DNA from: Haplodiscus bocki
Lineage: Eukaryota
Direction of reading: 5' to 3'
DNA: 64,000 nucleotides
Assembly (NCBI GenBank): GCA_965655095.1
Contig: OZ296651.1
Location: 12,524,001 to 12,588,000 of the forward strand
Both the position numbers and the translations under genes were made by a program. Position 1 is the first letter of the stretch; each line of letters begins with the position of its first letter. The notes beneath the pieces were generated by a model, which was given only the letters and a program-made list of their open reading frames with translations, was not told the origin of the DNA and made no database searches. Positions 51,301 through 64,000 of the stretch are shown one piece after another.

Positions 51301-53229
51301 CACTGTCAATTTCTGCTTGTTCACTCGGCGGGTGAGCTGGCGGAATTGATGGGATTACTGAATCAGGGTAAGCGTGTGTTGCTTTTATCTGCAATTGAAC
51401 CAAGAAGTCTTCTGTGCTACCATTCTTGTGATCCAATTTTAGGTTGTGGAGCTGTACTTTGTGAAGTTCTCGGAGGTTTGGGTTGCAGTGATGGTTTCTC
51501 AGTGCCGTTATTGCTGCATCAACATCTTCTCTGGTTGCTTGTGGTAAAGTTCTGGAGAACTGCGGGGCTTTATCTAGTGAGTGAAGTTGAAGAAACTGGG
51601 GTCTGTTGGCATTTCGGGTATTGCCAACATTGATCAGACTTCTGAGCAGACTTTCGAAATCTGGCCAGTTCTCATCTGCTTTTTCGCTGATTGGTGTATA
51701 GTGGTTGTGGATTGGCTGCTGCCACTGTCCTCGAATAGTTCTATTCCTCGCTTCCTCTTTGTCAACATGTTAAATTGCTATGGTTGTTTTTAATTGACTT
51801 CAAGTTTCAGTCTTCTCTTAGTTGTAAGACTTTACTTTATTCATTAGTGGCTATCTACAGAGAGTGGTGATCTGCGTAAGCATTTGAGAATGAGTTGTAA
51901 ATTGGGTATGAGTTGTTCAACTGATTCCACTCCACGTCCAATGTCATCCATGAACTGTGAGCAAACATTTGCTGAGAGGCATGGCTCTAAGTAGTTTCTC
52001 ACAAAAGTACTGAGGCCTGTAACTGATCTGTTCAGACCTCTGGCTAATCTTTGGTAAGCCATAGTTTTGGAAGCAACATTGAATGCAAGTAGTTCTATCG
52101 AAAGGGGGTCAGCCATTTGTACAGAATGGTAGGCTTGAGAGCAATCTAAGTTACAAAAGATTGATTTTTCAGCAAAATCTGCTGTTGTGTCTGCCCTTGT
52201 TGAAGTCGGGAAATTGTTGTTATGGTAATCATGCAAGAAAAGGTGATTGATTTGTCGTGAGTCCGCTAGATTTCTTTGTTTTCCATTTGGTTTGCGGTGT
52301 GCAAAGATTGGAGTGCTGTATTTTGAATGGATGAGACTTATGATGGTTCCAAAATTTTCTAGGAGAGCGAGCTCTACTTGTAGTTCTTCACTATATGAAT
52401 AGGCATTGGTGGGCTTTGTGTGTAGACCAGTTGATCATGTTCTGCGGCTAACTTCATTCGAATTATATCCAACATCAATTCTATGTTTAGCAAAAATATC
52501 CGAACATCCTACCAATAAGTCTTCAATTTGTTGCTTTTCATCCGCTTTAAGTACAGATTCATTCCATTCGGATCTTTGTAGAAATTGGTCACGGTTTTCA
52601 CTGTTATCGTGGGGCGTCTATAGTGTCTAGTTCATGTAGTTTCTGTAACTCGTTGTAAATCCTTCTTTCCGCACATCTCAGTGTTGTTGGATTCTGGCAT
52701 GTGTCGGAAACCAAAACTTGTAGTCTGGTTGGGGTCTGGGTGGCTGAGCGCCTGCATTGAATTCTTCGTCTATTACCAGCTGGTTGATTTCATTCTCAAT
52801 GTCTGGATTTTTGAATTTTGCAAATGTTAGCAGTTGTGAGTCTATCGTGGTTAATGTTTCCGCTTGTTGGGGTGAGAGAAGTTCGAAATATGCAATGTCT
52901 GAATTTCGGGGAATGGTGATCTCATTGGTTTGGGGCTTTAAGGCAGGTAAGTACAAATTTCCTTCAAAGTCAGTTCGTGATATTGAAGTGATGCACCGTC
53001 CTGTTTTTTCTTCAAAACTAACTTTTGGTTCTACAATACCACATACATCAGCAAATCGTTTGTTTTTCGTTTGGAGGTTGTATTTTAGGGTTGCTTGTTA
53101 GTTGGGGGATATGACGCATTTTTCCATTGTTCTAATAGTGTATTGAGGTTTTCCGGCTTTATCAGTTTCTTTTGATATTACGTTCAACTGAAGTGTTAAG
53201 TCGGGTAATTTCATCAGATTCTCTCTTGG

Positions 53230-53560
53230 TTAAAGTTCATTAGAGTTGCTTTTGAAAAATGGATTTCCCAAAATGATACTGCTTGTGTTTGGAAGTTCTG
53301 AGAACTGTTCTTTGAATTGTTTTTTTTTTGCTATTGAAATTTCGAGCTCGATTTGGCCACGCACAGGTATAACTTGTCCTGAAACTACCTTAACTTCACT
53401 GACTTCAGAAGGTTGTGAGATGTTTGCTGTCATTCCAAAAGGTGATTTCAGGTCCTCTTAATCTTTTTACTGATCGCATTTGCACAGACACCAGTATATA
53501 TTAAAGCTTTCCTTTGTCGGTTGTTAGGGAAATTCAGTGGAACATACGACAGGACGTCAC
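53230..53560 (-). pseudogene. Retroviral-type aspartic protease remnant (catalytic D replaced by Y)
   Basis: 'RKALIYTGVCANAIS' (ALIDTG motif mutated), 'VVSGQVIPVRGQIELEI' and 'SIILGNPFF'. Confidence 0.8.
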
Positions 53561-53649
53561 CTTCAAGAGAAATGCATGGACTTTTTTCTTCATTTTTCTC
53601 TCGTGGCTGTTGTTCATACTCGCGTGGCTTCACTCGTTTTTTGGTACCG

Positions 53650-54800
53650 TTTGATATGGGATTTGTTGGTTTCTATTTGCTGTTCTCCTTTGGTTGCAAT
53701 CTCGTGCATAATAGTTCGGGTAGCCACAAAGGTAACACCTGTTTTGAATATCTCGTTTCTGCTATATGTTCTTGGTTGGTCGATTCTTGTAGTTGTGGCG
53801 TGTTATAGTTGGAATAGGAGTTGTAATTTCGGTTTTGATTGCCATTGAAGTAGCCTCTGTTGTTATCGAAGCGACCTCTTCCTTTATCATTGTTAAATCC
53901 TCGTCCTCGAAATCTTCGTTGGTTGTTGAATCTGTATTTACCTGTTTGTTGAGGATTAAAGTTGTTGTTGCGCGTATTTGGATTTTGATTGTTTGAAACT
54001 TTCAGGGTGTTGTTTCTATTGGACAGATCGGTTTGTTGCTGTTTCATTTCGTCTTGTTGCTCTGTCAGTTTTGTTGATGCTCCCGCTAAGTTTTCCGACA
54101 GTGTTGAACTAACGTCATTGAAGGCATGGGATCTCTTGTGCAGTCGTCACTTGGACAAATTTCAAAGAAAAACATTTGGCGTTTTGCAACTGTACACAGA
54201 TCTTGCACCGTTGCTGCCTCATTTTGGTCCAGTAGTTTTCTTTTGATTAAGTTTGGTATGGCGTTCGTGAAAATTTCTTTGATTCTCCTGTTTCGTTCAT
54301 TAAATACATTGTCTAGTGCTGCTTGGTTGGCGTCTTGTGCGTTCTGGACACTGTCAATTTCTGCTTGTTCAATCGGCGGGTTAGCTGGCGGAATTGATGG
54401 GATTACTGAATCAGGGTAAGCGTGTGTTGCTTTTGAACCAATGAGCAATTGAACCAAGGAGTCTTCTGGGCTACCATTCTTGTGATCCAATTTTAGTTTG
54501 TGGAGCTGTGCTTTGTGAAGTTCTCGGAGGTTTGGGTTGCAGTAATGGTTTCTCAGTGCCATTATTGCTGCATCAGTGTCATCTCTGGTTGCTTGTGCTA
54601 AAGTTCTGAAGAACTGCGGGGCTTTATCTAGTGAGTGAAGTTGAAGAAACTGGGGTCGGTTGGCATTTCGGTTATTGCCAACATTGATCAGACTTCTGAG
54701 CAGACTTTCGAAATCTGGCCAGTTCTCATCTGCTTTTCCGCTGATTGGTATATAGTGGTTGTGGATTGGCTGCTGCCACTGTCCTCGAATAGTTCTATTC
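53650..54800 (-). pseudogene. Gypsy gag remnant
   Basis: 'SGKADENWPDFESLL...FLQLH...AIMALRNHY...SPEDSLVQL...IKEIFTNAIPNLIKRKLL', then an N/R/G-rich 'RFRGRGFNNDKGRGRF' tail. Confidence 0.75.
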
Positions 54801-55044
54801 CTCGCTTCCTCTTTGTCAACATGTTGAATTGCTATGGTTGTTTTTTAATTGACTTCAAGTTTCAGTCTTTTCTTAGTTGTAAGACTTTACTTTATTCTTT
54901 AGTGGCTATCTTCAGCGAGTGGTGAGAGAAAAATTCTGTTGAGGATTTTAAGAATTTTTTTCAAGAATGCAGTCAACCAATCGGTTGCAATCCCAGAAAA
55001 GCTCTCTCAAAACCTTTTTTTTACGGCTTCATAGTTTATTCTAT

Positions 55045-56610
55045 CTTTTTCAAAATACATTCTGCTGCATTTTTATTGAAAATGGCAGTGTGCTGAATGA
55101 TTGGTTTTCACAATAATTTGTTCTTTGTCTTGTACTGAAACAATAGCTTTGGTTGAGTTCAGGAGAAACGAAATGGATTTTTGAACCCGAAATGCCTTGG
55201 GATTTAAACAGATTAATTATGCTAAATGAACTTTGAAGTATGTCAATTTTTTGTTCATACCGTTAAGTTAAACATTAAAGAAAGAGTGAGCAAGAAAACG
55301 ACCTCAGAACAGTCACAACTCGGATATAGATTTCTCTTTCAACCAAAACAGGGTTGTGTCCACGCTTTCAAAGTGTCCGCTCATCAGCCCTCTGCAGTTG
55401 TGATGCACATAGTAATCATCGCCTGAAGAGAACTACATAAATTGATGAGAGGAAGGAACAATCCTATCATGCAATACAGAGAAGGACTATCACTTTTGGG
55501 GTAAAGAGCCCGCTTCTGCTATCTACTAACCGACCGCTGCCCTGCCTTCGTTATCCACATCCAGTTCCACGTTATCCACATGCAATTCCACATACACAGA
55601 GCTGTGAGCTCAAAACAAGCAAAGATTGGCAGTATCCATGTAAATTGACTCTGAATAGAAAAATTGTCTGACGTTTTGTAGATACAAAATTTTGCTTAGC
55701 ATCCCCTCTCCAATTTCAAGCGAGTGATTTACAGTGGAGAATTGAGGCTGGAATTTCAATAGACGTGTGCTGATTTTGCTCAACCTTTTGAATCAGTCCA
55801 TTGAAGGAAACATTTTATTAAGGGTAGCAGACTGGGCAACAGTTGAGACAGCTGTTGAACAATTCAGTAACACTTGGAGGACTGCCTACAGACTTGGATT
55901 TCATTTTGTCCCGCATGACTGTTGATGAGATGTTCCAAATACGATGCATTTAGATAGACGTCGGCGAGTTCAAAGCGGGGTATGATGCAGTTATTTTTAT
56001 ATTGTTTCGAGTTTCCATCACTTTCATTGGCGCGCGCGTTCTTTTTATCAGTTCCAAATTTAGTTTGAATCGTTTCCACTTCTAACAATTCTCAAATTGC
56101 TGTGGTTGTTTTTAATTGACTTCAAGTTTCAGTCCTTTCCCAGTTGTAAGACTTTACTGTATTCTTTAGTGGCTATCTTCAGCGCGTGGAATGAGGAAAA
56201 TTTTATTGAAGATGTGAAGAATTTATTTCAAGAATGCAGTCAACTTTTCAGTAGCAATCCCAAAAAGGCGCTCTCCAAATCTCTTATTTACAACTTGATA
56301 TTTTATAATTTACTCTGTCTATTTTTTGTCATCAAGTGGAATTTATAATTCAATAAAAGTTTCTCTTCAATATGTCTTCTTCGCATTTAATTTCCGTTCG
56401 GTTATTGTATATTTGTTTCTTGTCCACTAGTTTGTTAGTTGTCTATTTCTCTGGACATTAGTATTTCCGATCAGGCGAGGTTTCGTTGTCTTTCAAATTT
56501 CAAGAAATTTAATAACGCCAAGATTTCATAATTGCAATATTGATCAAATTAAGATCATGCTTATGTGCATTGTAGAGTATAATTCATAATAAAATTTTCA
56601 TCACAATAAT
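55045..56610. repeat. LTR-like direct repeat, copy 2
   Basis: Matches 40368-41935. Confidence 0.75.
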
Positions 56611-57149
56611 ACAACATTGCTTCCCAAGTCCTCCTCTGCTAGTTTCTAACTTCCATTTCACATTCCATAATTTGTTTTCTTTAAAACCTTGGGATTTTCA
56701 AGTTGTTTTTTTTCTACGAATGGATGGCACTGTCATTGTCATCTCCTTTTTTTAGTCGTCTGATAGTCTTTTCACTGTTTTTACTGAAAACAGAAAAAAT
56801 ACTATCGTGACAATGAATTTTTCGACCATCAGTTTTCACTTTTTCAAGGAATTCTACCGAACAACAAATTTGTTACAAGCAGTCCTTTTTCTCTCCGTAT
56901 CCTATTTTCGATCGAATTTCATCATTTTTTCATTCATTTTTTTCATATTCTCCCTCCACTCAATCATTTGCAGTTAATCATTCCTTTCATTTAACTTTAA
57001 CGCTCATATAATGGTAATAAAACGCTTAGTAGTGGCGCAACGTAACTTTACGCATAATCCTTTTCCAGGCTAAGAGAGAGAGGGAGAGAGACTTTTCTTG
57101 AATTGGGACGACTACTTGGGACTCTTTGGGCTGCAAACGCTAATCAACA

Positions 57150-58200
57150 AGCGAATTTCTGCAATTGGTCCTCCGAAATGCAGCTCTACTTTTTTTCCCA
57201 AAGTTTGCTTTTAGCTACGTATCGAACTTTAAGCTTCCATTAACTGCTCTTTGTGATCGCTTTTCCAATCCGTAGCTACAACAACTGCGTGTTTCAAACT
57301 TGAAAATCTCGAATTTGACTCTGAAGCAAACACTTCTGTGATTTATCTCGTAACTTGCAAACAAAGGCAATCAAAGCCTGTCCGTATCCCAATCCTCCGC
57401 AAGTTGCAGCAATTGATGAACTAGTGGGGGATGCAGCACTTAAACAGAACTCGGTTTGATCAGGAGATAACGCGTTGCGCAGTTGTACGTTCTGCTCAAG
57501 GAACACGTTTAATTCAAATTCGGCGTCAATCAATCACAAGTTTGCCTGGCTGGCTACGCGTCAAGCTGCCCGAGGAACCTGAACACACTACAGTCATATA
57601 CCTCATACACATATGTTTTTGCACGGTAGCAGCTATCCATTTACAATCTCTAAAACATGCCTCACTGATGGATGCGTTCAGTGGAATGTGTCCTTTAGCA
57701 GCAGATACTGGTTAGCGACCTAGCAAAACTGAGCACTTGTGAACAAGGTATGAAGATTGCCTTAATGAAATGTCCAAGAAGTTGAAAGAACGCAATTTTA
57801 CTTCAACGAACTGGTTGAACGATTTTCAAGAAACATCTGACGCAGCAGTCTCAGCTGCGCTTTTTCACAAAATCGTGGGCAAAATTCGGACTTTTTGCGA
57901 GAAATCTCTGGTAATTTGAGACGGAGCCTTTGCAGTACCAATCGGGTATTGCGTGGACTTTATCTGATTTGTAAATGATCTCGGTGCCATAATGGAAACT
58001 AGAACGACTTTTTGCGTCACAATCACAACAGACCTATTTCCAATCGCAAAATTCAATTTACTTTTTCCAGCCACAAGCCTCAATTCATCCATCGTAAAAC
58101 CAAACTTCTCAACAACAAAATCAGAATTTCCAATGTCAGAACTCGAATTTTCAATCGAGGCATACGTTCGAAGCCTTGACGCTTGTTCCTAATTATATGC
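57150..58200 (-). mobile_element. Possible decayed hAT (ZBED-type) transposase
   Basis: 'act-ga-aac-gca-tcc' (TDNAS-like, ~57680) followed by 'WIAATVQ' (C.AHTLQ-like), then 'KLVID*' and 'FLEQNVQLRNAL'. Confidence 0.3.
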
Positions 58201-58699
58201 TTCACACGCAGCAATCAACGACTACGTGTCATGAACAACGTTATCGTAATCACACAGCAACCTATTGCATACTAATATTCAATCAACACTTCATAATTTT
58301 CGGATGTTATTCCACCAATAACGGAAAAGCACACACCCGGCCTCTATCAGAAGACGCACGAAATTAATGAAACTCGCGACTTGTAATCGATGTAATATGG
58401 CCTATATATCTTTTTTAAATACAAAGTTGTTTGAAAAAAGTTCGACAAAACTGTATTATACGTCAACTTTAAAACTAAATAACTGGGACACTAAACGAGT
58501 TGCACAAAAGTCGTGGAAACGGAATTATTTTGAAATTTCACGCAGGTTACAATGATTTATGTCCAAGTTTTTCATGAAATACTTTGAAGTTTGGGTTCAG
58601 TGTTAGGAGTTATTTTCAAAGTTTTTTGAAATTTTTGGCAGCAGTAGGTAGTGTTTTGGAACTAGCTTATAAGCGATACCAATACCTTTCGATTGGTGG

Positions 58700-61560
58700 C
58701 TTGATTTTATTGTACGAGGTTTAAAATAAATTGGGGTTATATTTTCGAAACCAAAATTAGCAAATACTTTGAAGACAGGGCTGCTCTTAAATATGGACGA
58801 ATCAAATGAGAAAGTTACAGAACTCTCCAATGCAAGTGAAACCAAAGTTAATGCAAACGATGCATCAATTGGCGAGAAACCTGGCGAACGCTCAGTCCTA
58901 GTACGATTTGCCCGAAGAGCTGGGAAACAAGATAACTTTCGAACAAAGTAGGATATGTAAATGTGAAAGTATTCGAGGATTTAACCGCACCTAGAGTTCC
59001 GTTTTTCAACCTATCAAAGACTAATTCCACAGTTTCTTCAGAATGGACACAGTTTTTTATGTGTGGAAAGAATACAACAAAATCTATTTTGTACGTGGAC
59101 TTTACGAACGTGGCTCCTTCCTACAAAACAGTTCGAATGTAATGATGTGGTGTTCCTACCCACGAGATTTCTTGCAATCACTTGCTAGCCCACCGAATGT
59201 AACTAACCCTGAAAAATCTGATAAGTTTCTGTCATTGCTTTGTCTCAAAGTACATTCTTTGAAAAAACATCTAGAAAACTTCGAAGCACTAGTATTTTGC
59301 CTTGAGTCTCCCCCTCTCGTTCTCTGTCTGACCGAAGTATGGCTTACAAAAATTTGTAATGATCAAAGTCGCGTAGCCGCGTACACGGAATTCGAAGCTA
59401 GCAATAGATCGAACCGCTAGAAAGGTGATCTGATCCAAGTGAGAGAAAGTTGCAATATTATATGAAAGCCCGTTTGAGGGGAGCATTTTTGTGCTAATGT
59501 ATGCCTTCGGTTTTTGGTTCCGACTGCTTGGCATTTTTAATCCACCCTTAAACAACAAAAATGATTTTATTTATTTTTTTATCGTTTTCTGGATAGAATA
59601 ACGTCAGAGAGAATTCCCACCATAGTTTGAGATTTTTCCATAGTCGTAAGACCAATTAATTTTCGATGTCAAAAAATCTTCTTGCTATAGAAGTAATTGG
59701 CTCTAAGATGATATCAAGCGAGGCTACGAGAATAACGCATAGTTGACGAATTTTTTCGATCACGTTATAACCGAAGACTTTGAATGCAATGTTAATGTTC
59801 TCAAACAGCAAACTTTTCTGACCATGAAGCTCTTTCAGTTACGTGGAATGCACACAAGACAAACCATTTTTTCATTTTTAAGGGATTTCTCATTCCTCGA
59901 AACGGCCGAGATGTTGGAACGGTACTCGCAAATGCTTTCACAGGAACTATCAGACGCCAGTGAGGACATAAAAATCAGTGATAGCCTAAACAAAGCATTC
60001 GATTTTTCCAAAATTGCAACCTCAAAGTAAGTCATGACTTCGCCCAATATAGAGAAACAAATTACCGAAGTGGTATAATAATCGGAACGAAAAGTTAATC
60101 GTTAAGAGAAACGTAGTTCATAGGCAGTGGAAAATTAACCGGTCTAACGAAGCACTTCTAAGCTTCAAGCGCATTGGGCAGTGAACAGAAACTGAAACTA
60201 AAAAGACCAAGAAATATGCTATTTGAACGAATTTGAGAGTTGCGTAGGAAAATCAAAGCGTATTTATAAACTGCTGAATTAAATGGGAGGGCAAAAACCA
60301 ACGAGCAGCCATATGCCTATGCTAAATTTGATCACATCACAAATTGAAAACCTTACATCGAAATATATTGCTAACCAAGTAACGAGTTTTATACTGATAT
60401 CGGCGATTCGGTGACACAGGATCTGCCAAAGTTAAATCCTATTCTGCTAGAAACAATGCATTTTTCGTTATAGAACAAACCGTAGCGTAATTGAGAACAA
60501 GTTTTCGTCTTGTAATGATGAATCACATGATGTTATACTCAAGAGGTTGAGTATTATCGCTGTGCCTTATGAAACTGACCTTATCAATCTTTCATTCAGA
60601 CATCCGGAAAAAGCTGAAATTTTCCTAGTCACTAGAAATGGCTCTAAAACAGACGAGGACAATTACCGGCGAATATCACTCCCTAATGCTCGTAACAAAA
60701 GTTTTGAAAGGGTCAGGAACAAAAGACTTTACTCATACTTCAAAAGTGAATATCTGGTGGTATTCCTCAGGGATAAATCCTACGGGCACTTTTCTTTCTT
60801 ATATTTATATATGACTACCCATAATTTCAAAACACACTGATTTTTTGCGATCGCTGACGATACAAATGTTACTGCTTTAAAACAAACAACTGAAACATAG
60901 CTTTTGATTTAATGGAACTCTAGTTGGCTTAGTGCGAATAAGGTGGTAGTGAATATAAGTAAGACTTCCTAAATGTCAGTAGGGCCTAGTTCATCGAGTA
61001 CTTTACCACACCCCTTTTCCATTAGTAACCCGGTCCCAACAATAAATATCTGGGAATAACAATTGTTTCAAAACTCTATTTAGTCGCATATTGATTCAGT
61101 TGTGGGGACTCGGAAAACCGAGTTGAGTTCTATGTAAGCTTAGGCAATATATACCCGGAAAACATTTGATAGACTATTGCAAATCCAAAATAAATGCTAT
61201 TCTCCAGTGTGGTGGCCTGGTGTTTAGTTGCAGTAGTAGATCAAGTTTACTATAATCATCCTGCAAAAGAAAATTTCAAAAATCATTTTAGCAAGACAAA
61301 ACAAGATCACATTGAAAACCTAGCTGTTTTTAATGACATGTTAACTCTTTACCAATTTAATTTTTTGGAACTGCTGAAATTCATAATGCGATCTTCTACA
61401 AAAAGCCGTGGAAAAGTATACATAAGCGAACTTTTTGGTTGTAAAACTTCAAATAGGTCCACCAGTAGATCTGATCAAACTGTTTTTAAAGTTCTGTCGC
61501 TCTACCAGATAGTCATCCACGTTTCAAATGTTTCGCTGAGAGACCTCGTTGATGATATTT
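58700..61560 (+). mobile_element. Decayed CR1/L2-group LINE (ORF1 end, endonuclease, RT)
   Basis: ORF1 'RSVLVRFARR' and 'VFEDLT'. EN 'VHSLKKHLENFE...VLCLTEVWL'. RT 'DEDNYRRISLP...KSFERV', 'GIPQG*', 'IADDTN' and 'KYLGITI'. Confidence 0.75.
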
Positions 61561-64000
61561 GAATCTCGACTTTTGTTTCTTCGGTTGGTTTTCTACGATG
61601 CGTACTCTGATTTGTGGATGAATGAAAACAAGTGAGTGGTAATATGTGAATTCTTCTGATCGCTTTAACTGGAAATGATTTGAGAACTATTCCTATAATA
61701 GCTTAGGTTGCAGGTATTTAACTGGTGGTGCGTGCGCGCATCTTTTCTTATTCAAGCTGGAAGTTCGCACTTCAGTGTAAACTGGTTAGTAGTGTTGAAC
61801 TGTGCAATGACTAAAGTGCAGCCACTACAACTCCTCCCCGATTTCATCAATGATTATACATAGTTTCATACCTGACAATTAAATATGACTTGCAACTCAA
61901 ATGTCACTGCAATGATTATGTTTTAGCAGCCTAATAACTCTTGGTGTTTTATCAGTTGCTGTTCTGCGCAAAATTATGGCAGTTTGTTTTATTTCAGTTA
62001 GGCGCAATTCATTGGTTTCTTCCAGGAATTGTGTTTTTTCCTCAGTTTTATCCGTTGCTTTTGCTGAGATCATGACTCTCATAATGTTTGTGTTTGGGAC
62101 ATTTCGTTGGTGATTAGATTCTCGTTATTTGATTTTGACCGTCCTATTTGTGGATAGCTGTTGTGTTTTCGGTTGTAGCACTGCTGTGATTTGTTGAGTA
62201 GCTTCTGTAGTTTCTTTCGCATCTCTACTGCTTGTTGGCTGCGGAGTGGGGTCGATTCTTTTCGCCATTCGTGGTTACTTCTTCATTCTTGATGATGGCC
62301 TTGTGGCTAAAGAATTCTTTGAAAGATTTATCTTCATCTGAGAACTCGAGGGTTAGGCAGTTGGAGATGCGCTTGGGGGCGAGACTATTTGCTGGCAATT
62401 GTGTTTTTTTTCTTATTGTTGGAAGGCAATTGGGGGCTATTCTTTCGTCTTCTACTCCATTTTGTTGAATATCTGCATTGTGATCTTTGCTTTTGATTTG
62501 CCACTTTTCTAGGCCTCTTTAGTCTGATTGACTTGTTCATGATGAGCGGCGTGTGCCCCGGTTATTGAGGTTTGTGCTGTCTGAGCGATATCAGGTTTAC
62601 ATGACAATTTTTGGACAGTCTTTTCACATGGAAAGAGAAAGATAGTGTGGCTTGATTCTTTGAGGATTCGGCCGCGCTGTTTCTTGGCCCAATTTTTGAT
62701 TCCCTCGCTTGTTCTTGGACCAAAATGGTAATGTCTGCATCGTGGGGATGCATTCATTTTGCCCGAGTTCGAAATTTCTGTCTTCTCAAACAGGACCATT
62801 GGAGGATCCTAATGAATCGCCGATGGTATTGAGTGAGCCATCTTCCAATTGAAATTATTTAGGTGATTTCGCTCTATTTCACCTTGTGGTACGTAATAAA
62901 AATAATATTTCCCTCAATCCTGTCTGATAGTTATCAGGATCAGTTGTTTAATGACTTTAATCTACTCAGTTATTGTGTGTATGCATCTCTTGATTTTTGT
63001 TTTCCGTAGTGATCGCCATTTGTACACTCTCTGTGCTCTTTAAGTTTTTTCTTCAAATTTTTTTCGAGTCGTTGAGACTTGAATCATGACCCCGTATCTC
63101 TTTTTTTGATTCCCCGAATAACACTATGTGAATTGTTAGTGAATTCCTCATGTGACTTTCTCAGATGTCGTCGTGCACCAAACAAGGCGATAAGATTTCT
63201 TGAAAATTCCAAGACTTTCATTTTTCTTTTGTTGTAAAAGTTTTGCTTCCACCCAGCTGCTTCTGTTGTTCCTTGGCACTGTTATGTCACTTTAGACGTC
63301 GATATTTTAAACCGTACTGCCAAGTCTTTTGAGTTTTCATGGCTTACGTATGTCACAATAGTTGATTTGCCATGTTGTTTCCGCGTATTTGAAAAGCTTA
63401 TGAATTTTTTAACCAGCTTCAGCATCCTTTGCAAGTTTTGTGGCAGCAGAACGTCGCATTCACTATATAGCCACGAAAAGTCGGATACTTTCTGGGATGT
63501 CTCTTCTCGTAGTGGGTGCCTCACTGGAAGGATTTTTACAATGTTTTGTGTGACGCCTTTAGAACTATTAAGTGGTCACACATGTGGTTGTACCCCTGCT
63601 TGTCTAACGATAATGTTGAAAAGTTTCAGCCCCAAAGTATAGGAAATTTTTGGATCTTAGCCTTTTCAGCTGGCTAATCTGCAGCTCTTGGTTTGCTTCG
63701 TAATTCGCAATCTTATTATTTTCGCCAGGATCTTGGCTCGCTGTGGAAATATATAACTTGTTGTACATTTCGGGAGGGTTGTCTACGTTAATTCCTGTTT
63801 TAACTACTGAATTTGTGGCCTGCTCGCAGCGCCATGTTTTGAGTTACTTTTCTGTTATCAGTAATCTGAATTCCAGCTGAATGAAACCAATGGTAACATG
63901 GAAGTACTATCAGATCGGTTTCTTACGAAATGGTTTCGGAACCATTGCTAAAATAGCTTAGCTTGCAGGTGTTCAACTGGTGGTGCGTACCCTCATGTTC
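61560..64000 (-). mobile_element. Decayed Ty3/Gypsy pol fragments (RNase H-integrase, plus a second RNase H fragment)
   Basis: RNase H-like remnant at 63780-64000, HHCC-like 'FSWLYSECDV...CKGC' (~63430-63480) and 'KIGPRNSAA' (~62680). 61630-61735 is a diverged copy of 63885-63990. Confidence 0.55.

Larger units (their letters stand above)
47706..54925. repeat. Tandem triplication of the gag-to-RT segment (2083, 2082 and 3055 bp units)
   Basis: Junction 'gagtggtga|tctgcgtaagc' at 49788 and 51870. The RT core (FMDD) is present three times. The two short units share the same two internal deletions. Confidence 0.92.
40368..56610 (-). mobile_element. Ty3/Gypsy (Metaviridae) retroelement with macrodomain and env-like gene, decayed and internally triplicated
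   Basis: Minus-strand order gag-PR-RT-RH-IN-macro-env between ~1.56-kb direct repeats. The RT-RH-IN order is Ty3/Gypsy-type. Confidence 0.9.

Noticed and set aside
48242-54925. Many recurring plus-strand ORFs
   Set aside because: They are antisense shadows of gag/pol that recur only because of the triplication.

Overview
AT-rich eukaryotic (invertebrate-like) DNA made almost entirely of nested, decayed mobile elements, with one intact cellular gene: an UNC-93-like/MFSD11 MFS transporter at 37691-39067. Two structures stand out. (1) A ~22.8-kb Polinton/Maverick-like endogenous virus (~6488-29289) with diverged terminal inverted repeats. Its minus strand carries a decayed module: ATPase, integrase, minor capsid, core protein, major capsid, adenain protease. 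No pPolB is recognisable, and it holds a young ~2.79-kb internal tandem array. It appears to have inserted into the zinc-knuckle region of a LINE ORF1. (2) A minus-strand Ty3/Gypsy element (~40368-56610) between ~1.56-kb direct repeats. It encodes gag, PR, RT, RH and IN, then a TARG1/OARD1-type macrodomain (GCGLD retained) and a class I fusion-type env, and has an internal ~2.08-kb tandem triplication. The rest is LINE, Gypsy and probable hAT/CACTA debris plus a 200-N assembly gap. All protein calls are by-eye motif recognition; no searches were run, and boundaries of decayed features are approximate.
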